DNA of 53,243 nucleotides from Verrucomicrobiota bacterium (GTDB lineage Bacteria; Chlamydiota; Chlamydiia; Chlamydiales; Rhabdochlamydiaceae): NCBI GenBank assembly GCA_018239725.1, contig JAFEGU010000114.1, positions 1 to 53,243 of the forward strand, read 5' to 3'. Shown piece by piece: positions 46,001 to 53,243 of this stretch (position 1 is its first letter; each line of letters starts with the position of its first letter). The notes under the pieces were generated by a model. It saw only the letters and a program-made list of their open reading frames with translations, ran no database searches and was not told where the DNA came from. The position numbers and the translations under genes were made by a program.

Positions 46001-46630
46001 GCTGTAGATGGTTGAGATTTTGACCGAAATGTACTCAAAGTCGTCCTTTTCCAAATCCTTAAGGTAGACGTTCAGGCGGCGCTTAGCTTCCTCTTCTCCG
46101 AGGATAGCTTCCCCCAAATGGTTGATGTTCAAGCGGACCCCTTGCTCGCGGCGCAAGTGCATGTGTTTCGACAGCGCATGCGGTTCTCCAGGCAAAATTA
46201 CCTTGGCAGTCGCTCTACGGAGCATATAGGTTGCCGCAGGAACAAAAAAGAACGACAGCGGCCGTCCGAACATCTGAAAGACGCCTAGCTGCAGACGCTT
46301 CATGAAACTTAAATAGCTTGGCACGCCGAACTGGTTCAGCAGGTAGACCAACTGGTTGGCCACACGGGCTGGGCGGTAGCTTCGAAAACACTGGTCGGTC
46401 ATACTCGTGGTGAACGCTTTGCCTTTTGGATCGCGCATCATCCTCGCCAACTCCGCTTGGGTCCGCTTTTCTTCGAACGTCATTGTCCGGTTGGCTTCTC
46501 GCAGCATGTTTGCGGCCATCTCAACTGCAGCAGCCTCCCGCTGATCCAATGTCAAAGTCTTGCCCTTAACGCTCTCTAACTGAACGCGAGCACTCTGCAT
46601 GGCAGGCGATTCAAATTCCCGTTGAGTCAT
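43007..46630 (-). CDS. putA: Bifunctional proline dehydrogenase / L-glutamate gamma-semialdehyde (P5C) dehydrogenase
   Basis: 1207 aa. PRODH barrel region (VKISTIYSQI, IVKGANLAMEQ), then an aldehyde dehydrogenase domain (VTPPWNFP, ETGGKNAII, GQKCSACS). Confidence 0.95.
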   Translation of the reverse strand: MTQREFESPAMQSARVQLESVKGKTLTLDQREAAAVEMAANMLREANRTMTFEEKRTQAELARMMRDPKGKAFTTSMTDQCFRSYRPARVANQLVYLLNQFGVPSYLSFMKRLQLGVFQMFGRPLSFFFVPAATYMLRRATAKVILPGEPHALSKHMHLRREQGVRLNINHLGEAILGEEEAKRRLNVYLKDLEKDDFEYISVKISTIYSQIHLLGWEKTLDTLSDRLRQLYRVAMNHQFKRADGSTTPKFVNLDMEEYRDLVLTKELFKKVLNEPEFHQFSAGIVLQAYLPDAHEIQKELTEWAMERIKKGGAPIKIRIVKGANLAMEQFEASVRDWNQTPYTKKSDVDANYKRMVTYGCLPPHAKAVHLGIASHNLFDIAYAMLLRAENLVDEEISFEMLEGMADHIRRVVQKLTKDILLYCPVATKEDFQSAIAYLIRRLDENTGPDNFLRHTFGLTPGSPEWEEQVLLFSKACREMNTVYMTPRRTQNRLEQPHQLKASAPFENEADTDFSLSDNRTWANAIADKWKKIRLQPIPLMIGGKEIHQKDPEGSGCDPAHPHQCLYRYSMADWKQVDEAVQCAKSHESMWSMKSVEERCQLLSRIAHHMREKRDDLIGVMMADGGKTILEGDPEVSEAIDFAEYYLRSMKKMDSCKDIHWKPKGTVLVTPPWNFPISIPAGGILAALVAGNCVIFKPAPEAVLSGWVLANVLWDAGVPKEVLQFINCPDEPVGSKLIADRRINMIVLTGATSTARLFMRLRPGVDLAAETGGKNAIIATSLADRDLAIKDIVQSAFGHSGQKCSACSLAILEAELYDDPHFKKQLKDAVESLRVGPCWDLANKMSPIIREPGEALRRGLTTLEPGEEWLVVPRQDPNNPNLWSPGVKYGVKENSFMHQTELFGPVLGVMRAKNLKHAIELANGTPYGLTSGFQSLDEREVAVWMEKIEAGNCYINRGITGAIVRRQPFGGTKASSFGHGSKAGGPNYVSQFMVPTQVSLPQDKHPVTEEVNNLTSILQKIKLSTEELGVWYASIANYAFWAIRFAHDHDPSKIIGQDNLLRYRPHKSICFRIQENDSALDIMRVLAAALSCGAKMEVSWTKGHTHIAVRDQLRPLQHRFHFVEESEDQFNQRVKIGSMKRIRLITPASEALKSAAAESGCYLGYAPVLANGRFELLHYLREIAFSIDYHRYGNLGVREGEARKPLN

Positions 46631-46768
46631 AAATACATGCTCCTGGAAGATACAAGTTCAAATTTCCTCCATATCATAATAGGAATGATTAGACAAATTT
46701 TTTCTTTAATTTTATTTTTTTATGGAGAAGTCATATTGTATATTTAGTAGTTGGTAAGGGAATGTATT

Positions 46769-46841
46769 AACAGGATGGCAGGATGGACAGGATAAAGAAA
46801 TGGCGATGTGTATTTTATCCTGTCCATCCTGCCATCCTGTT
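46769..46841. repeat. Perfect 28-bp inverted repeat with a 17-nt spacer, spanning the RBS, start codon and codons 11-20 of the NamZ-like gene
   Basis: AACAGGATGGCAGGATGGACAGGATAAA (46769-46796) is the exact reverse complement of TTTATCCTGTCCATCCTGCCATCCTGTT (46814-46841). The left arm contains an internal CAGGATGG direct duplication. Confidence 0.95.
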
Positions 46842-48063
46842 TATTTTTTTCTTCTTCTCAGCTTTTTCCGCTGCATATGCCCAATCGCCGAAAATCGAAC
46901 TGGGCGTCGATGTCTTTTTCAAAGAAGGGGTTGTTAAGGAGCTCAAGGGCAAACGGGTCGGGCTTGTAACGAACCAAACGGGAGTCGACAGCCAATTGCG
47001 CTCGACCGTCGATCTCTTCCTTGATTATGCCGGCGAGATCAAGCTCGTCGCCCTATTTGCGCCGGAGCATGGGATCAACGGGCAAGCATACGCGTGGGAG
47101 CATGTCGAAGATAAGAAAAGCGTTCCTGGGATCCCTATTTATAGTTTGCACGGTTCGACCCGCAGGCCGACAGCTAAAATGCTGGAAGGGATCGATGTCC
47201 TCGTCTATGACATTCAAGATATCGGCTGCAGGTCCTATACTTACACGACGACCCTGTTCTACGTCATGGAAGAGGCCGCCAAAAAGAGGATCCCCGTTGT
47301 TGTCCTCGACCGTCCCAATCCGATCAACGGCGTCATCATCGACGGCCCCATGCTAGAAGAGAAATGGCGTTCCTTCATCGGCTACGTCAACGTCCCCTAT
47401 TGCCACGGGATGACTGTCGGAGAGCTTGCCCGGTTCTTTAACGAACAGTACAAGATCGGGTGCAAGCTGAAGGTTGTGCTGATGAAGGGATGGAAACGAA
47501 CAATGAGCTATAAGGACACAGGGCTTCATTGGGTGCCGACCAGCCCCCACATTCCGGAAGCTGATTCTCCCCTTTTCTATGCTACAACAGGGATACTGGG
47601 GGAGCTAAGCCTGGTCAACATCGGGGTAGGCTATACACTCCCATTTAAAGTGATCGGCGCCCCTTGGATCAAAGGACAAGATCTAGCGGAGAGGCTCAAT
47701 GCCCAGCAGCTGCCCGGCGTCTTTTTCTTCCCGTTCCATTACCGTCCTTTCTATGGCGCTTATAAAGGGAAGGACTGCGAAGGGGTGATGATCATGGTCA
47801 CCAACGATCAGACCTACCGTCCGGTCGTGGTCCAATACATGATCCTAGGCCTCCTGAAAAACCTCTATCCGAAAGAGATCAGCGGCAAGCTGTCCTCGCT
47901 AGAAGCTTCAAAGAAAAATTTGTTTTGCAAGGCTAACGGCAATGAAGAGATGCTCTCCATATTAAATAAGGAGAAGTATGTCGCCTGGAAGCTGATCCTC
48001 TTCCAAAAGGAGGAAAGAGAGATGTTCCGCAAAGAACGGAAGAAGTATCTCTTGTATCAATAG
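46783..48063 (+). CDS. DUF1343 family protein (NamZ-like exo-beta-N-acetylmuramidase) with signal peptide
   Basis: Signal peptide ...AILFIFFFFSAFSAAYA. VGLVTNQTGVD, LFAPEHGI, YDIQDIGCRSYTY and DRPNPING are typical DUF1343 blocks. Confidence 0.8.
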   Translation: MDRIKKWRCVFYPVHPAILFIFFFFSAFSAAYAQSPKIELGVDVFFKEGVVKELKGKRVGLVTNQTGVDSQLRSTVDLFLDYAGEIKLVALFAPEHGINGQAYAWEHVEDKKSVPGIPIYSLHGSTRRPTAKMLEGIDVLVYDIQDIGCRSYTYTTTLFYVMEEAAKKRIPVVVLDRPNPINGVIIDGPMLEEKWRSFIGYVNVPYCHGMTVGELARFFNEQYKIGCKLKVVLMKGWKRTMSYKDTGLHWVPTSPHIPEADSPLFYATTGILGELSLVNIGVGYTLPFKVIGAPWIKGQDLAERLNAQQLPGVFFFPFHYRPFYGAYKGKDCEGVMIMVTNDQTYRPVVVQYMILGLLKNLYPKEISGKLSSLEASKKNLFCKANGNEEMLSILNKEKYVAWKLILFQKEEREMFRKERKKYLLYQ

Positions 48064-48066
48064 ATT

Positions 48067-48093
48067 TTAGCACTTAAGTTCCTTGTTTGCTAA
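48067..48093. promoter_or_regulatory. Degenerate CIRCE (HrcA operator) upstream of groES
   Basis: TTAGCACTT-N9-GTTTGCTAA versus the consensus TTAGCACTC-N9-GAGTGCTAA (8/9 and 7/9 matches, correct 9-nt spacer). Confidence 0.55.
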
Positions 48094-48110
48094 ATCTTCG
48101 CGAGATCCCC

Positions 48111-48139
48111 TTGACAAAAAACGGCATAACGCCTACATT
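48111..48139 (+). promoter_or_regulatory. Candidate sigma-70-type promoter of groESL
   Basis: TTGACA, 17 nt, TACATT, about 45 nt upstream of the groES ATG. Confidence 0.45.
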
Positions 48140-48183
48140 TCTGCTTAAAATTAAGTTAACCTTAAGTTTAAGGAGAATCGAAT

Positions 48184-50191
<2,008 letters not shown>

Positions 50192-50228
50192 TATCGTCCA
50201 GCTCCTCGTTCTCTTGATCGAAAATAAA

Positions 50229-50250
50229 CCCGCAGCAATGCGGGTTTTTT
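50229..50250 (+). terminator. Rho-independent terminator after groEL
   Basis: CCCGCA-GCAA-TGCGGG followed by TTTTTT, with AAA upstream (may also act on the convergent F-box gene). Confidence 0.75.
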
Positions 50251-50377
50251 ATTTGCAGTGGGCGAACAAATCCTCTTAATTTAATCCCGCACATGGGCAT
50301 CTCTACAAAGTTTCAGAAGGATTGAAATCTAAGCTAGCCATTATCAATTCCTTGTTTGTCTTAAAAGATGCCCTTGT

Positions 50378-51658
50378 TTACGCCGGTCTAGCGTTTGCGT
50401 TAAAGTCGAGGACTGCAATGGTCCCGTCGGTAGATCCGGAAATGATTTTGCCGTTTTCTACTTTTAAAGAAGCTGAGAAGCCGCCTGGATGGACTTCAAA
50501 TGTATTAAGCTGTTTTCCGCTTTGGAGATCCCAGATTGTGATGGAACCGTTTTTCATCCCAGCAATGAGCAGATTATCTTTTACTTGTATTTGCACAGGA
50601 TAGGATGGATTTGTGTCTAGACTATGGAGCTCGCTGCCGCTTTGAAGATCCCAGATTTTAATCGTGCCATCAGCTGAAGCGGAAATAAGCATGTTATCTT
50701 TAATCTCTAGAGCACGGATAGTGCTTTCATGCTTGTCCAAACAATGGAGCGGCTCGCCGGTTTCAAAATCATAGATGCGGATGATATGATTGGATAAGCA
50801 AATAAGGAGGTTGTCTTTTACTTCGAAGAATTCAAAGCGGCTCATGATATTACTTAGAGAGCAGATGGGTTTTCTACTTTTAAGGTCCCAGGTCATGACC
50901 GTGTTATTTGTCGAACCTGAAAAAAGAGTGTCGTTATCGATCTTGAGTTGGGTGATGTCCCTTTGATCTCCCTGTAAACTTTCTAGCAGCTTGCCAGATT
51001 CAAGGTCCCATAGCTTGATGGTATGGTCGAGGGAACCCGAAACGATCATATTGTCTTTTATCTTTAAACAAGTGACCCAGTCTTGATGATCCTCCAAAGA
51101 ATAGAGTAGGGTTCCTTTTTCAAGGTCCCAGACTTTGATCGTGTTGTCCCTCGAACCGGAGACGATTTTACTATCCTTTATTTCCAGACAGCTGATGAAT
51201 TCTTGATGTCCGTTCATGCTATGGAGAAGTTTTCCGCTTTCAATGTCCCAGATTTTAATCGTTCGATCGCGTGAAGAGGATACGAGTGTGTTGTTCTTTA
51301 AGCATAAGTTTCTGACATCGCCGGGCTGACCGATTAAAGTGGTTTTATGAAATATTCCGTCCCTCATATTATTTTCTGTGCATTTGAGGTGTTTATAGAG
51401 GAGCTTTGGCGGTAGGGTGTGCGGAATGCTTTGGAATGAGGAGGGGAAGCGGGAAATGAGCAAAGGTTGCCAGAAAGGGAATGCATCGCTGCAGATTAAT
51501 CGGTTGAACTGATGGCTCACCAATGACAGGCTGCAAAAATCAGATAGGCGGTTAATATGTTTGAAAAACTCATAAACCACATCAATTGAGATAGGAACAG
51601 AGAAACTAACGAATAGGAGTTGGTTCGTTGGAGTGTTATTTGCTGGTTGAATAGCCAT
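50378..51658 (-). CDS. F-box-like / WD40-repeat protein (eukaryote-like), paralog 1
   Basis: N-terminal F-box-like VYEFFKHINRLSDFCSLSLVSHQFNRLICSDAFPFWQPLL, then about 7-8 WD40 units (...SGSxDxTIKxWDLxSGxLLxSL...). Confidence 0.85.
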   Translation of the reverse strand: MAIQPANNTPTNQLLFVSFSVPISIDVVYEFFKHINRLSDFCSLSLVSHQFNRLICSDAFPFWQPLLISRFPSSFQSIPHTLPPKLLYKHLKCTENNMRDGIFHKTTLIGQPGDVRNLCLKNNTLVSSSRDRTIKIWDIESGKLLHSMNGHQEFISCLEIKDSKIVSGSRDNTIKVWDLEKGTLLYSLEDHQDWVTCLKIKDNMIVSGSLDHTIKLWDLESGKLLESLQGDQRDITQLKIDNDTLFSGSTNNTVMTWDLKSRKPICSLSNIMSRFEFFEVKDNLLICLSNHIIRIYDFETGEPLHCLDKHESTIRALEIKDNMLISASADGTIKIWDLQSGSELHSLDTNPSYPVQIQVKDNLLIAGMKNGSITIWDLQSGKQLNTFEVHPGGFSASLKVENGKIISGSTDGTIAVLDFNANARPA

Positions 51659-51708
51659 TTGAATTCTCTGTCTTTAATAATTAATTTTTTTGCTGCTTTC
51701 TTGCTGTC

Positions 51709-52974
51709 CTAATTCTTTCTTACGGGATTAAAGTCCCAGACTTTGATCGTGTTGTCCCAAGAGACAGAAATGACCTTCCCTTTTTCTAGTTTTAGATAGC
51801 TGATCGAGTCTCGATTGCTGTCTAAATTGTGCAGAAGCTTGGCGGTTTCAAGGTCCCAAATCTTGATCGTGTTATCGATGGATCCGGAAATGAGCAGGTC
51901 ATCTTTTACGATTAAGGAGGTAACGGGTTTTTGATGCTTCTCCAAGCTTTGGAGAAGTGTGCCGCTATCAAGGTCCCAGAATTTAATGGTGCAATCGTCT
52001 GAACCGGAAATGAGCAAGCCGTCTTTTAGTACGAAGCAGTTGACGCCTTTATCATGCTCTTCAAAACTATGCAGCTCTGTGCCGCTATCAAGATCCCAGA
52101 TTTTGATGGTGCTGTCCGATGAACTTGAGATGATCCTACGCTCTTGTATTTCTAAGCAAGAGACCTTGCCTTGATGCCCGTTCAGAGTATGGAGGAGATC
52201 GCCGCTTTCGAGGTCCCAGATTTTGATGGTGCTGTCCCATGATGCAGAAATGACCTTTCCGTCGACTGTCTTTACTAGATTAACGATGTTACGATGGCCC
52301 TCTAAGGTATGGAGCAGTTTGCCGCTTTCTAGGTCGCAGATCTTAATGGTGTGGTCACACCCGCCAGAAATGATCCTGTCCGTATCGATTGCTAGAGAGA
52401 AGACCCCGCCTTCATGCATTTCCAAGCTATGGAGCAGGTAGCCGTTGTCTAGATTCCAAGTTTTGATGGTGCCATCGGCTGAACCAGAAACAAGGCAGTC
52501 TCCTCGGACTGCTAGGGAGAAAATAGGGCTTTCATGGCCTTCCAAGTTATGCAGGAGCGCGCCGCTGTTAAGGTCCTTGATATGGATAGTGCAATCTGCA
52601 GACCCGGAAATGAGCAAGCTGTCCTGAAGTGTTAGGCAGCTCACCGCGTTTTGCTGGGTGGACAAGGACTGCTTTTCGAAAATCCCTTTCCTCATATTAT
52701 TATCTGTGCACTTTAAGAGCTTATAGAGTTCCTTTGGATTAAGGAGCTGAGTCGTTGGTTGAAACGAACAGGGGAAATGCGATAGCAAAAGAGGCTTCCA
52801 TAAAGGAAAGGTGTCGCTAAAAATAATCCGCTGAAAATAGCGGTTGACCATTGAAAAGCTGCAAATGTCGCTTACCTTGGTCAAATTTTTTACGCATTCA
52901 TAGACTGTTTCGGTGGAAGCGCTTTCAAAAAATGTTAGGCTTGGTTGATCTCTATTTATAGGTTTAATAGCCAT
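51709..52974 (-). CDS. F-box-like / WD40-repeat protein (eukaryote-like), paralog 2
   Basis: VYECVKNLTKVSDICSFSMVNRYFQRIIFSDTFPLWKPLL, then about 8 WD40 units (GHxxxVxxL...SGSxDxTIKIWDLxSG). Collinear with 50378-51658. Confidence 0.85.
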   Translation of the reverse strand: MAIKPINRDQPSLTFFESASTETVYECVKNLTKVSDICSFSMVNRYFQRIIFSDTFPLWKPLLLSHFPCSFQPTTQLLNPKELYKLLKCTDNNMRKGIFEKQSLSTQQNAVSCLTLQDSLLISGSADCTIHIKDLNSGALLHNLEGHESPIFSLAVRGDCLVSGSADGTIKTWNLDNGYLLHSLEMHEGGVFSLAIDTDRIISGGCDHTIKICDLESGKLLHTLEGHRNIVNLVKTVDGKVISASWDSTIKIWDLESGDLLHTLNGHQGKVSCLEIQERRIISSSSDSTIKIWDLDSGTELHSFEEHDKGVNCFVLKDGLLISGSDDCTIKFWDLDSGTLLQSLEKHQKPVTSLIVKDDLLISGSIDNTIKIWDLETAKLLHNLDSNRDSISYLKLEKGKVISVSWDNTIKVWDFNPVRKN

Positions 52975-53179
52975 TTCTATTCCCTGTTTTTATTAAATTA
53001 ATTATAATTTAAACGGCATTTTATTAAATTTTATCTATAATTGTCAATAATTAATAATTTTATGTTCGATAATTATGTTTTTGGCTTGTTGCGAAATGAA
53101 TTTAGAGGATGTCTTGACAAAGGTAAGAGCTAATAATGATATTTAAAGATTGAAAGCCAATGACTTAAGGAATTCGAAA

Positions 53180-53208
53180 CCCCCGCATCAGAAATGCGGG
53201 GGTTTTTT
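53180..53208 (+). terminator. Strong GC hairpin plus T6 with no annotated plus-strand gene upstream (orphan or bidirectional terminator)
   Basis: CCCCCGCAT-CAGAA-ATGCGGGGG-TTTTTT. GAAA precedes it, so it could also serve a minus-strand gene ending just beyond or at the window edge. Confidence 0.7.
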
Positions 53209-53243
53209 GTATTAGAACTACGCTAGAAGCCCATTAAAGAACT

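Overview
The window reads as chromosomal DNA from a Chlamydia-related (environmental Chlamydiae-like) bacterium. This assignment is an inference from four things: a TopA with a C-terminal SWIB domain, a long 550-aa ThyX, MOMP-like porins, and eukaryote-like F-box/WD40 and LRR proteins. Housekeeping genes: thyX-tyrP-uvrB (overlapping starts and stops), topA, rpoN, uvrD/pcrA, putA, a DUF1343/NamZ-like gene, and groES-groEL with a degenerate CIRCE operator. The dominant feature is a surface-glycan locus of about 25 kb (6260-30784), interrupted by the minus-strand P4H and topA genes. It holds a WaaL/Wzy-like gene, wzm/wzt, gmd, a GT4, manC, a second Wzy-like membrane protein, an OMP, two GT2-like paralogs (one with two domains), three tandem GT32/DXD paralogs, and a duplicated module of methyltransferase plus GT11-like fucosyltransferase (four GT11 paralogs). 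Nearly all of the later enzymes have an N-terminal hydrophobic signal or anchor. Other notable items: a eukaryotic-type poly(ADP-ribose) glycohydrolase (PARG) homolog with a disordered N-terminus; a secreted prolyl 4-hydroxylase; a porin paralog with a 93-bp tandem repeat; a Thr-rich leader ORF plus terminator upstream of a DAACS transporter; a perfect 28-bp inverted repeat covering the RBS and start of the NamZ-like gene; and two tandem F-box/WD40 genes. By eye I found no rRNA, tRNA, CRISPR array, transposase or integrase. All family assignments come from motif recognition, not from searches.
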